A stretch of 61,262 bases of DNA. It comes from Octopus bimaculoides (Eukaryota). A model generated the notes under the pieces. It was not told the DNA's origin, did not search any database, and saw nothing but the letters and a program-made list of their open reading frames with translations. A program made the translations under genes and the position numbers. The stretch is from the NCBI RefSeq assembly GCF_001194135.2, contig NC_068984.1:6009446-6070707 (forward strand), in the 5' to 3' direction. Of this stretch, positions 1-12,727 are shown piece after piece. Position 1 is the first letter of the stretch. Each line of letters begins with the position of its first letter.

Positions 1-345
1 CACCACCTCTACTCCTGACAATCACTCACGGCTGTTGCTCCCCCCACCACCACCACCACCATCACCACTACGGCTGCTGCTTCTGCACCACCGCCGCCGC
101 CATTTCTACGGCTGTTGCTCCTACACCAACACCACCACCACCACCATCACCACCACCACCACTATCACCATCACCACCACAAACACAACGGCTGTTGCTT
201 CTGCACCATCACCACCACCACCACCACCACCACTGCTTTCATTTCTGCTGTTTCTCCAACACCATCGCCACCGCCATCATCACCGCCACCACCATCAGCA
301 ATAAGCTGTAGCCTATTTAGCACCTCCTACTGCCACCCTGTCACC
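1..345. repeat. Compound (CAC)n minisatellite punctuated by ACGGCTG(T/C)TGCT
   Basis: The anchor word recurs at 28, 70, 108 and 188, each time followed by CAC/CCG triplet runs of variable length. Confidence 0.8.
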
Positions 346-469
346 GATTTCTCTCGCACATTCATTCACCCTCTCTTTCTCTCTATCTATTCATATATAT
401 ATACATACACACATCGTTGCCTCCCACCATAACTAACTCTTAGCTGCTACCACCGTTGTTTAAGTCGTA

Positions 470-720
470 AACGACTGTGCTACCAGCTCAGCTAGTACTC
501 CTGACACCACCACCATCGCAATCATCCCTGCCGCGGCCGCCATCTCTGCTCTGTTAGTACTACTACTGCTGCTATTTACAACAGAGACGAAAAGATGCTT
601 GTGATATTGCTAGCAGGAGCTACCGTACCACCACTACCAGCACCGAGCCGCGGTGCCGCCGCCGAAACGGGTGATGGCATTACCTTTTTCCACTCTCTTG
701 CAAGCCTCTATCACGTCCTC
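470..720 (+). promoter_or_regulatory. CpG/GC-rich patch about 2.3 kb upstream of the Shal ATG; candidate promoter or 5' UTR region
   Basis: Runs such as gccgcggccgcc and ccgagccgcggtgccgccgccgaaacgg in an otherwise AT-rich background. No transcript evidence. Confidence 0.3.
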
Positions 721-1113
721 AAAAAATCACTTGTCAAAATGAAGTCCCACGCATAATTAGCTGAACGGAGTGAACAGAGAGGAAAAAAAAACAAACAAAC
801 AAAAAAAGACAAAAAACAACAACAAACGAACAAAATATAGAAAATTACAAGAACAAAGCAACAAAAAAACTACAAAAATATCTCCAAACAAACAAGTCAC
901 TGATTCCTCCCCCACCATCCGCAAAAAAAAACCCCAACTAACAAAAACCTTAAAACAATACGAAATCCTTGCAAGTAATGAGTGATTGTGTTGGAGTTAC
1001 AGGTGTGCTGTAGTTGTTGTTTTATTGAAGTACATTGGAGTTATTGTTGCAACCAGTAGTTCTAACCGACAACCGCAACAATTGGGCAGAGAGAAAGAGA
1101 GAAAGAGAGAGAG

Positions 1114-1150
<37 letters not shown>

Positions 1151-1739
1151 AAGGTTTTGTCTGTGAGCAAGGTAAAAAAAAAAACTGAGAAACAAAAAAA
1201 CAAAGCAGAAAAGGTGACAAAAAAAAATTTTGAGAGAATATATATAGATATATAACCCATATATATGTATATATATATGTGTATATATTATAATCTGTTA
1301 TAAACGCAAAATTTCAAAGGAAAAGTAAAAAAAGAGACTCGATAAAACGAGAGAAGAAAAGGCAAGTAGGGNNNNNNNNNNNNNNNNNNNNNNNNNNNNN
1401 NNNNNNNNNNNNNNNNNNNNNNNNNNNNNNNNNNNNNNNNNNNNNNNNNNNNNNNNNNNNNNNNNNNNNNNNNNNNNNNNNNNNNNNNNNNNNNNNNNNN
1501 NNNNNNNNNNNNNNNNNNNNNNNNNNNNNNNNNNNNNNNNNNNNNNNNNNNNNNNNNNNNNNNNNNNNNNNNNNNNNNNNNNNNNNNNNNNNNNNNNNNN
1601 NNNNNNNNNNNNNNNNNNNNNNNNNNNNNNNNNNNNNNNNNNNNNNNNNNNNNNNNNNNNNNNNNNNNNNNNNNNNNNNNNNNNNNNNNNNNNNNNNNNN
1701 NNNNNNNNNNNNNNNNNNNNNNNNNNNNNNNNNNNNNNN

Positions 1740-1780
<41 letters not shown>

Positions 1781-2996
1781 TACATACACACACATATATA
1801 TATATATATATAAACACGCGCGCGCGCACTCACACTTACACACGCAAACACACGCACACATACACACAGAGAAACAGATAGAAACGCAAATAACCCAGGG
1901 TAAAAAGAACAAGTGCGAAGTGAGAGAACCCAAACGCAAAACGTCTACCTTTTCTGCTTACCTATTTTTACGTGTCATTCTACACTCCAAAGATAGCGCT
2001 CATCCGAGAACTCGGTGGCTTCCAGCATCTGCACCAGCCTACATCATTTATAGCATCAGCATCAACATCATTGGCCACGTCTCTCCAGAACAGGAGCTGT
2101 CGTGTTAACTTATTTACTGATCACCGTAACAGCATCTTTTTTAATTACTTCGAAGTGGCAACTCTAAAAGCGCAGAGGAACCAATGTGCGGCCATTCTGT
2201 GCAGGCTGACCAAAGTACGAGTTCGGAAAAAAAAGAAGAAAAGAATCTCTTCTTCTCCAGTTCTGTTTATTTGATAAATAATTTTTTCCTCTTCTCCATT
2301 CACTCTCTTTCTCTCTCTCACACACACAGACACACTTTCTCTCTCTAACTGTTTCTCATCCCACCCTCTGTTCATCTTTCAAATTTTTGTACCTTATATC
2401 TTTCTCTACTTTCTTTCTTTATATGACCATCACCCTTTACATTTAGAATCATATTTGTTTTGATTCGCCGCTCCGGTTGCTACGATTCCCTTAAGAGGAG
2501 AAACGGAGGGAAGAAGATGTTACATATATCTAAATCACATTAGGAGAAATTAATTTAATTTTTTAAAATTTATTTATATATTTATAAAGGAAAATCCTTA
2601 ACTAAAAAAAAAAAAAAGAAATTCTTCAGTAATTAACTGAAGAAAATAAATTTTTCAATTCTTGTTTTTTTTTTCGTTTTTCTCCCTTTTTCTTAAAAAA
2701 AGGGGGAAAAGCACATTTTTTCAACACCAGTTCAACGGGAAATATACACACACACTCACTGCTAAAACCAGTTAAACCATTACCAGGAATAATTTGAATG
2801 TGAAATATTTGATCTGATCTCCAGTAATAGAAATACTATTTGATCCATCTCGATTGATGATAACTCATTCTGACGGAAGTAGTTTTCGACAAATACACAA
2901 ATAAATCCCTTTTACATCTGGATGTAGTGTGTTCTTAGAAAACGTGTCAAAATTGTAGTCCTTCACTTTGGCGAGGAGGGTTTCTCCAAATTCACC

Positions 2997-4102
2997 ATGG
3001 CCTCCGTTGCGGCATGGTTACCTTTTGCCCGGGCCTCCGCTATAGGATGGGTTCCTGTGGCCCGGAACCCCTTACCCACACCAAAAGTGCGGGAAGAACA
3101 CAAAAGAGGGGACAATAAAATGCTAATTAATGTGTCGGGACGCAGGTTTGAAACCTGGAGGACTACCCTGGAAAAATACCCCGACACTTTACTTGGTTCA
3201 AACGAAAAGGAATTTTTTTACGATGAAGAAACGAAGGAGTATTTCTTTGACCGCGACCCAGAGTTCTTCAGACATGTTTTGAACTACTATAGAACGGGTA
3301 AGCTCCATTACCCAAAGCATGAGTGTATTCAATCGTATGATGAGGAAATGTCATTTTTCGGTATAATGCCTGATCTAATAGGTGACTGTTGCTATGAAGA
3401 TTACAAAGATCGACGGCGAGAGAATAGCGAGCGTCTTCTCGATGACAAAGCTTCAGAGAATGGGGACAGTACACCGGCAGTGACGATTCGGGAAAAGTTC
3501 TGGCGGGCTTTTGAAAACCCGCACATCGGAACAACAGCACTTGTTTTTTATTATGTCACCGGTTTTTTCATTGCAGTTTCTGTGATGGCTAATGTAGTAG
3601 AGACTGTCCCTTGTGGGATTATTCCAGAAACCAACGAAAACCCCCCTTGCGGGGAACGTTACGAGTTGGCCTTTTTTTGTCTGGATACCGCTTGTGTTAT
3701 GATTTTCACAGCAGAGTATTTGTTACGGGCTTACGCCGCTCCCGACCGCTGTAAATTCATAAGAAGTGTTATGAGTATAATAGATGTGGTAGCAATTCTT
3801 CCATATTATATAGGTCTTGTTATTACAGACAACGATGATGTGAGCGGAGCTTTTGTTACGCTTCGTGTCTTCCGCGTATTTAGGATTTTCAAATTCTCCA
3901 GGCATTCACAAGGATTACGTATTCTCGGTTATACACTGAAGAGCTGCGCCAGTGAACTTGGCTTCCTCCTCTTTTCATTAACCATGGCTATCATCATTTT
4001 TGCTACTGTGATGTTTTACGCGGAGAAGAATGTTATAAAAACCAAATTCACCAGTATTCCTGAAGCATTCTGGTATACAATCGTTACCATGACGACGCTA
4101 GG
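2997..4102 (+). CDS. Shal: First coding exon of Shal/Kv4 (KCND family) A-type voltage-gated potassium channel alpha subunit: N-terminal KChIP-binding peptide, T1 domain, S1-S5 and pore helix. The selectivity filter is split by the intron (TTLG|YGD).
   Basis: ORF starts [20 protein letters not shown] in a CACCATGG context. It has the Kv4 T1 zinc motif H104-C110-C131-C132, S4 [15 protein letters not shown] and pore helix [12 protein letters not shown]. The exon ends GG|GTGAGT (donor 4103-4108), the phase-2 position also used by vertebrate KCND exon 1. The ORF-track stop at 4104-4106 lies inside the donor. Confidence 0.97.
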
Positions 4103-4626
4103 GTGAGTAACACTGGTTGCCATTAGCAACACCTTTATATCATTATTAACACAAACATTTCAGTTGTTATTGTTAGTATTATTGATGTTAAAACACAGCA
4201 ACTGTCTCTCTGTCTCTCTCAAGGTGTTCTATTATTCATTCGTTCTTATTTAGACATGCAGCTTATAAATGTAAATTTTACGCACATATATGAATACACA
4301 CGCTGTTACACACTAACGTTAACACACGTACTCACCAACAAGTGCACAAACACAGAGACACCGATGTGCACGCACACATACATGTGTACATGTGTATACA
4401 AATATACACACAGACACATGTATGTATGTGTCTGTCTATGTGTGTACATATATGCATATGTATTAAATTCATACATATATATGCATGTATATATGTATAC
4501 ACGAATATAACTTTATGTATACAATTTTGTTTATGGTTATATATACACATGCACAACCACACATCATATATATAAACATCCCTGCATATGTGTGTGTGTT
4601 CACATACACATACATACATACATACA

Positions 4627-4658
<32 letters not shown>

Positions 4659-4755
4659 CGCAATGAATTCATATCTATATAATACCACTGACAAAGTTGT
4701 CTTATACTTATTTATGAATTTTTCATTCTTGGTGTTATTGTTGTTGTTGTTGTTG

Positions 4756-4832
<77 letters not shown>

Positions 4833-4957
4833 TCGACTTTACCTTTCACCCTTTCGGGGTAGATCAAATAAGTACCAGTCAATTACGGGGGTTGATGTAA
4901 TCGTCTGCTTCTCCCCTCAAATACTGCTGGCCCTGTACCAAAATTTGAAATCATTAT
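4833..4957 (+). mobile_element. 5'-truncated SINE family A copy abutting a (TTA)n tract (4734-4832)
   Basis: tcgactttacctttcaccctttcgggg...ggccctgtaccaaaatttgaaatcattat matches the other family A copies. Confidence 0.8.
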
Positions 4958-5012
4958 CCATCCATCCATCCATCCATCCATCCATCCATCCATCTACATA
5001 CCAGATTGGAGC

Positions 5013-5145
5013 AATCTCGAGTATAACCAACCGAAATTGCAAAGATAATCGGAACTCCACTGAGGAAAGAAAACTCCGAATGACCCGTCCTTGTTTTCTT
5101 TGTATCGTCTATCGGCATGTTTTGCGTTCTTGTCCCATTTTGTAT
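5013..5145. repeat. Interspersed repeat family C, copy 1
   Basis: Near-identical to 31637-31784 (aatctcgagta..aaattgcaaagataatc..ctgaggaaagaaaactccgaatgacccg..gttttgcgttcttgtcccatttt). Confidence 0.85.
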
Positions 5146-5582
5146 TTTTTCTTATACATACATACATACATATATAAAACTGCAGGATAAACAACGCTAC
5201 GTTTCACATATGGTAGCACCTGTGACGCCATAGGTATTCTTAAACATGTTTCACTACATACAAACTGTTGCTATTGGCTAAGATATTCAGTTCACATGAA
5301 TACATATTTGCATTCTTATGTGTGTGTATGTATATATGAATGTATATGTGTGTGTGTATATCATATTTATTTATGTATGTATCAACACATATCATATANN
5401 NNNNNNNNNNNNNNNNNNNNNNNNNNNNNNNNNNNNNNNNNNNNNNNNNNNNNNNNNNNNNNNNNNNNNNNNNNNNNNNNNNNNNNNNNNNNNNNNNNNN
5501 NNNNNNNNNNNNNNNNNNNNNNNNNNNNNNNNNNNNNNNNNNNNNNNNNNNNNNNNNNNNNNNNNNNNNNNNNNNNNNNNNN

Positions 5583-5618
<36 letters not shown>

Positions 5619-5759
5619 TTGCATTTCCAATTTATATATATATATATGTATGTATGTAGGTATGTAGGTATGTATACACGCATACATACTATTTTTATTC
5701 GTTTACACTGGCTGCGGGGCCATACTGGAGCTTCTCCGTGTTTAGTTATGAGTGAAATG

Positions 5760-6000
5760 GACAACGCCGCTCTCATCTGTGTTTCGTGTCGAGATTTTGG
5801 CTTCATCTGGTATCTCAGATAAAAAAGTTGTCCAAGTATTTTTTGATTATATTCACAGCTTCACCTCAAAGATCATTGAGATATTTTGGCAAAGCATTGA
5901 ACACCTGTCGGTCTTTGAAAATGAAGCTGTTATATATTCGGTTCGTATTCAAGATCAATTCCAAAATTGGGTTCAGATCCTCCGGGATCTTCCAAATAAA
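5760..6000 (-). mobile_element. CR1/L2-like LINE 3' end relic
   Basis: The minus strand encodes FIWKIPEDLNP...NSFIFKDRQVFNALPKYLNDL*GEAVNIIKKYLDNF/SEIPDE, matching the WK..FN.LP..FK..LD.F..IPD C-terminal pattern. It contains a stop and a frameshift. Confidence 0.65.
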
Positions 6001-7772
6001 TATATGTATGAATGTATGTATATATACATCCACACATACACACACACACATATGTATATATATATATGTTTATATAGATATATATACATATATATTTATG
6101 TGAATATTGTAGCATATTATCAATGTGTATTACACACACAAACACACATTCATGCATATGTGTGTGTATATGTATAAAGCAAGAAAGGATGGGACAGTTA
6201 TAGTATGTAAATATTTGAATGTCCCTGAGCTAGCTGTTAAGTCGTTTCGCTTACGATCAAGAGTTCGTGGGTTCGATTCTCGGGTCTGGCAAACAATTGC
6301 GTCCTTGATTAAATCACTTAATTCCATGTTGATCAAGATCTCTCACGGAGAAATTTTTACTCAGCGAAGGACCGGCGTCCTCTTGAGTGGGGGGGGGGTG
6401 TCACATGGGTGGGTGTCTAATAGCTTTTTAGGCCCGAGACTGACTTCTTTCTTAAGTATGTATAATGTGGATATGTCCCAAATATATATACATATGTATG
6501 TGTGAGAGTGTGTGCGTGCGCGCGCGCATTAGAAATGAATAAATTATATCTAAGTACTTTGTACATATCTACATATGTATATTAGCATATTTGATTGNNN
6601 NNNNNNNNNNNNNNNNNNNNNNNNNNNNNNNNNNNNNNNNNNNNNNNNNNNNNNNNNNNNNNNNNNNNNNNNNNNNNNNNNNNNNNNNNNNNNNNNNNNN
6701 NNNNNNNNNNNNNNNNNNNNNNNNNNNNNNNNNNNNNNNNNNNNNNNNNNNNNNNNNNNNNNNNNNNNNNNNNNNNNNNNNNNNNNNNNNNNNNNNNNNN
6801 NNNNNNNNNNNNNNNNNNNNNNNNNNNNNNNNNNNNNNNNNNNNNNNNNNNNNNNNNNNNNNNNNNNNNNNNNNNNNNNNNNNNNNNNNNNNNNNNNNNN
6901 NNNNNNNNNNNNNNNNNNNNNNNNNNNNNNNNNNNNNNNNNNNNNNNNNNNNNNNNNNNNNNNNNNNNNNNNNNNNNNNNNNNNNNNNNNNNNNNNNNNN
7001 NNNNNNNNNNNNNNNNNNNNNNNNNNNNNNNNNNNNNNNNNNNNNNNNNNNNNNNNNNNNNNNNNNNNNNNNNNNNNNNNNNNNNNNNNNNNNNNNNNNN
7101 NNNNNNNNNNNNNNNNNNNNNNNNNNNNNNNNNNNNNNNNNNNNNNNNNNNNNNNNNNNNNNNNNNNNNNNNNNNNNNNNNNNNNNNNNNNNNNNNNNNN
7201 NNNNNNNNNNNNNNNNNNNNNNNNNNNNNNNNNNNNNNNNNNNNNNNNNNNNNNNNNNNNNNNNNNNNNNNNNNNNNNNNNNNNNNNNNNNNNNNNNNNN
7301 NNNNNNNNNNNNNNNNNNNNNNNNNNNNNNNNNNNNNNNNNNNNNNNNNNNNNNNNNNNNNNNNNNNNNNNNNNNNNNNNNNNNNNNNNNNNNNNNNNNN
7401 NNNNNNNNNNNNNATACGCACACACATATATATAGATACATATATTTGAAGGTTTGGAGGTGATGTACAGAAATTATATAGAAAAAAATTAATTAAGGCA
7501 CTCAGAAATCTGGATGTTTGTACATTTACAGATTTTTATTAATGTCACATATTAAATGAAGCGCTTTTCACCTAGTCGTGTAGGTTTTTCAAATTGTATG
7601 TATGTATATATGTGTGTGTGTGTGTGTGTGTGTAAATATACACACACATATAATTACATATAATCACACATATGTAATGTATAAGCAGATTCACGCGTGC
7701 TCGTCTGTGTATGTGTATGTGTGCGTGTAGGGAGAGACAGACAGACAGACAAACAGATAGATAGATAGATAA

Positions 7773-7819
<47 letters not shown>

Positions 7820-8051
7820 TCGACCCAGAGACATAGAATTCGTTGGACTGCAGATGTCGCTCCTAGGATTTGCATAAGATGTTTTGAATAGGATTTCGTA
7901 ATTTGCAGTAATTAGACAATACCTCGGAAGACAATCAGAATTTTCACATGTGGCCATGTAAGTCTTATTTTGGAATCTGAAAATTCCATGGTTTGTATCC
8001 CAAAAGTCTCACAGAATCTACCTACTGCAGATGTCATATATACATACATAC

Positions 8052-8090
<39 letters not shown>

Positions 8091-8733
8091 GCGTATATGT
8101 ATATATAAGTATATATCGAGATATTCTCTCACTTTCATATGTGTGTGTATTTATATGAATATATACAAATAGATATACAAGTATATATATATGTGTGTAT
8201 AGATATATATATAGATATTGCATCTCTATAGTATATATACTTATATATAGTATAGATATTTGTTTATACATTATTTTATATTCAAAAATATACATTATAT
8301 ACCTCTGTGTGTGTGTGCAATATATATATATACAGTACTTATAGTGTGAATATATATGCATATGTGTTTGCACGTGTGTATGTTAGTGTATAACAGTGTA
8401 TATATTTTATACATATTCATAGTTATTGTTTATATATTATATTAATAGGCATATGTATATATCAAAAGGATGTGTTATAATACTATTCCACAGCCATACC
8501 AACAATCCAACATACCTCCATCATCAGCTGCCCCATGGATATCATTATGGTTTCGACACCTGGGCAGTACCATTCAATCTGGTGGGGTCAACACCACTAA
8601 AACAAGTGTTGTTTGGGAAGAAACAAACCAAGGAAACCACAACTTTCAAACACATTTACCCTATGTACAATAGTATCGATAAGTAAATCCAATAAACAAA
8701 TTACAACTACTCCTTTTACAAACATACATACAT

Positions 8734-8961
8734 AGGGTGGCGAGCTGGCAGAATCTTTAACACGCCGGGCGAAATATTTAGTGGTATTTCTTCTTCCGTT
8801 ACGTTTTGAGTTCAAATTCCGCCGAGGTCGACTTTGCCTTTCATCCTTTCGGGGTCGATTAAATAAGAACCAGTTACGCATTGACGTCGATGTAATCGAC
8901 TTAATCCCTTTGTCTGTCCATGTTTGTCCCCTCAATGTTTAGCCCCTTGTGGGCAATAAAG

Positions 8962-8966
<5 letters not shown>
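8734..8966 (+). mobile_element. tRNA-derived SINE family A, full length
   Basis: Head agggtggcgagctggcagaatc (A-box-like), B box gagttcaaattcc (8808-8820), body gtcgactttgcctttcatcctttcggggtcga, end gggcaataaagaaata. Multiple copies in the window. Confidence 0.9.
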
Positions 8967-9008
<42 letters not shown>

Positions 9009-9667
9009 ACGAGAGAGAGAGAGATATAGACATGTATATAGATATGTTTGTGTGTGTATGAGTGAGAGAGAGAGAGGTGGGTGTCTGTATGAGTGTATGA
9101 AGGTGTCTACGAAAATAAACTTTAGAGAATATTTATGTTTCCAGTGCTCTCTTGTCTGTAAGACACATGGAAAATTCACAACACATTTTTATGTACCAGT
9201 TGTTGCTATAATATTTATGGGTTCACACAGAAATATCAGTTCGAGAATCTGAGCATCCGTCTACTGCAGTCGGTTGGAAATATGTGCATACAGTCGCTAG
9301 AATTTCAGGCCTCACCGAGTTGGAGAATCCTATTTGCATACGTAACGCATTGCTGGCAACCAGTTCAATACAGAAGTTACTGGCACGTGAAGCAATAAGA
9401 TGCTGAAGAGTAATTCCAAGTGTTTAATCTACACTTGTGTGTAAATTAATGTGAAATATATATGCTGTTCAATTATACGCAGCTATGTTTTTTTCTTTAC
9501 AATTTCTTCATGGACAGAAAAATAGAATAGGTTGAAGAGTTTTCAGTTGCACATCTATAATTGATATATGCGTACGGGTGTTTGCGAGTGAGTACCTAAC
9601 ATGTCTGTATATAAATCATGTTCTCTATCACATACTCACACATACATATATACTCTTCATGCATACT

Positions 9668-9718
<51 letters not shown>

Positions 9719-9724
9719 GTGTAT

Positions 9725-9775
<51 letters not shown>

Positions 9776-10063
9776 TCAAAATAAGCAACAGGATATCCAG
9801 AGGTAATGGGGCACGATCGTTTCAAGCGACTCCATTTAATTGAACAATGCAACTATTACATTCATTTAAATGCAAAGCAATCCTCAGCTGCATAAATACA
9901 TAGAATTAAGATATCATATATATGCATGAAATGTGTATATACCTTTACGCATGTGCTTCTTTATGTTTACATTTATATGCCTGCGTAAATGTATATGCTT
10001 TATTTCATGCGTATATTTTATGTATAAGTAATTAGTGACACCCCACTTGTCTGCCTGAAAGGC

Positions 10064-10119
<56 letters not shown>

Positions 10120-10541
10120 TCCTCTCGTTCTGGTCTAACGACCCCCAATGTTTGTTTTCGTTCGATGTCGTTGTATATCTCCACTGTCTCCACATTCTCT
10201 TTTTAGTTCCCAACTTTGACACTCCATAAATCCTAAATTTTATTCTAGAATTTATGGGAGCAACTGTGTTTGAAGACTCATATTGTCGTTCAATGCTCGA
10301 AATGAGGAGTAGATAGACAGCCACCAACTGATGAAAGGTCCTTTCTCTGTGTTTACTTGTCCTGTTTTCCATTTGTTTCTCGTTGTTTACGTATTTCACT
10401 CGTTTTTCCTCCGATTGTTTATGTATTTCATGTTATTTGCACCGTTGGTGACATCTTTTNNNNNNNNNNNNNNNNNNNNNNNNNNNNNNNNNNNNNNNNN
10501 NNNNNNNNNNNNNNNNNNNNNNNNNNNNNNNNNNNNNNNNN

Positions 10542-10573
<32 letters not shown>

Positions 10574-11387
10574 TATACATAAATTTAAGCATATATGTAC
10601 ATATACGTGATGTATATACATATAAATGTGAATACAATTCAGACCCCATTTATTATACCTACCCCACGTCATGGACCCTCCTCACTCCTGAGTCAGGTAA
10701 ATAGTTTAATATGGAATTGATGCATGCTTACGCTTGATATATTCAATGTTGTTTACTTCAATATCAGCTCTCTCTCTCTCTCTCCATATATATATATATA
10801 TATATATATTATGTATGCATCTATGGGTATGCATTTCTATGTATATACACTTGTGTGCGTGCGTGTGTGCATTATATTTATATTCATAAATAGTTATATT
10901 CGTTTTTGAAAGCTAGCATGGGTTCGACAAATATATTGAACCGTTGTTTTGCCGCTGGTTGACCTTCCTGACGCTAGCTGTTACTTGTCATTGAAGCAAG
11001 GGATCACACACACACACACGCAAGTGTGCATGTGTGTGAGTTTGTGTGTATAAAGAAACAGATAGGTATATATGTATATGTATATACGTATAGTAACCCT
11101 TAGTTCACACATGCACATTCACCAACAAATATCTTTGTGTTTTCACGCATATAAGTGTGCATGTCTACAGGTGTGTGCGTGTGCATACAGGTATACATAC
11201 CTGTGCATAATCAATGTTTTACATTCAAATTTAAGACAATACTTGGAAACGTACACACACACACACGCACACGACACTTTTGCTGAAGAATTGTGACTTT
11301 TATGGAAGCCCCAGTGCCAGATCCAAATTCTGTTTGGCTAATAATGATGTAATGATTTTTATGATCACTTACCATATGTGTGTATAC

Positions 11388-11439
<52 letters not shown>

Positions 11440-11497
11440 NNNNNNNNNNNNNNNNNNNNNNNNNNNNNNNNNNNNNNNNNNNNNNNNNNNNNNNNNN

Positions 11498-11555
<58 letters not shown>

Positions 11556-12273
11556 ATATGTATGTGCGTGGGTGTATGTATATCTATGTACGCATCAATA
11601 TATGCATGTATATGAAATAGCACATCATTACATGTGTGCGTGTGTGTGTGTGTGTCTAATAAACGCTATTTTCTCCTGAATTATCTCATGTCTACTATTA
11701 TTCAGCACTAATTAAGTAGGCTGTCAGTTTATGTTATTTACCAGATGTAGTGGTGGCGGTGGGGATTAACTTTCAAAAGCGAAATTAAATTTCCGAATAA
11801 CAGAATGCATAATTCTAGAAGAAGCATTTAAAAATTGTGTATCCAGTGTCTTTCATCTTCATTGAGGATCGGAACACTCGTTGATATTCTAATATTTTTA
11901 CCGCTATCATAAATGTTGAGGATCCGACTTTGTTCTCTGTACCTATGAGAGCTCTGCGATAAAACTTCTTGTCATATAATCGACAAATACGTGTTTCTAC
12001 ATAGCTTCTTTTAATATCAAACTTCTCGTACATCTGTTCCGTCACAATGTATTATTATATCTACTAAAATCATGAGAGATTATACAACGATATAACTATA
12101 TTACTACACATTTTCCTATACTCCCAATATTTTGCCTTAAAGACTGTCTTTATTTGATGGTTATTGTGAACGTATCATTACCTTTATTTTGTCTTCTATT
12201 ATCACACGGAATACAGTGTCTTTTAAATAATGCAGTTTCTGCTACACTCCATTAAGGTATCATCACACACATA

Positions 12274-12341
<68 letters not shown>

Positions 12342-12439
12342 ACCTTGTCGTTTCAAGAAAATTTTCTCATTCTCTGACAACGGTACTCTCACTTTCATTA
12401 TATGATAAACACTTTACGTAATTATCAGGAGAATATCAC

Positions 12440-12492
<53 letters not shown>

Positions 12493-12692
12493 CATATTAT
12501 GTGTGTATGTCGCTACCTGTTTATATATCTAATCTCTGTATGTAGGATATGTATGTTTATATATATGTGTGTGAGTATACATATATGTATATATAAGTGT
12601 AAGTATGTATGGCGTGTATGTGTGTGANNNNNNNNNNTATATATATATATATATATATACATACATACACACACACACACACACATATATAA

Positions 12693-12727
<35 letters not shown>

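Noticed and set aside
1972-2274. 100-codon ORF upstream of Shal as a uORF
   Set aside because: It starts at GTG, has no recognisable homology, and the transcript boundaries are unknown.
6222-6300. tRNA gene (B box ggttcgattct)
   Set aside because: No convincing cloverleaf. This and the other A/B-box hits are better explained as SINE heads.
10694-10700. Isolated TF motifs (AP-1-like TGAGTCA near 10690, octamer ATTTGCAT)
   Set aside because: Short motifs are expected by chance in 61 kb, with no supporting evidence.
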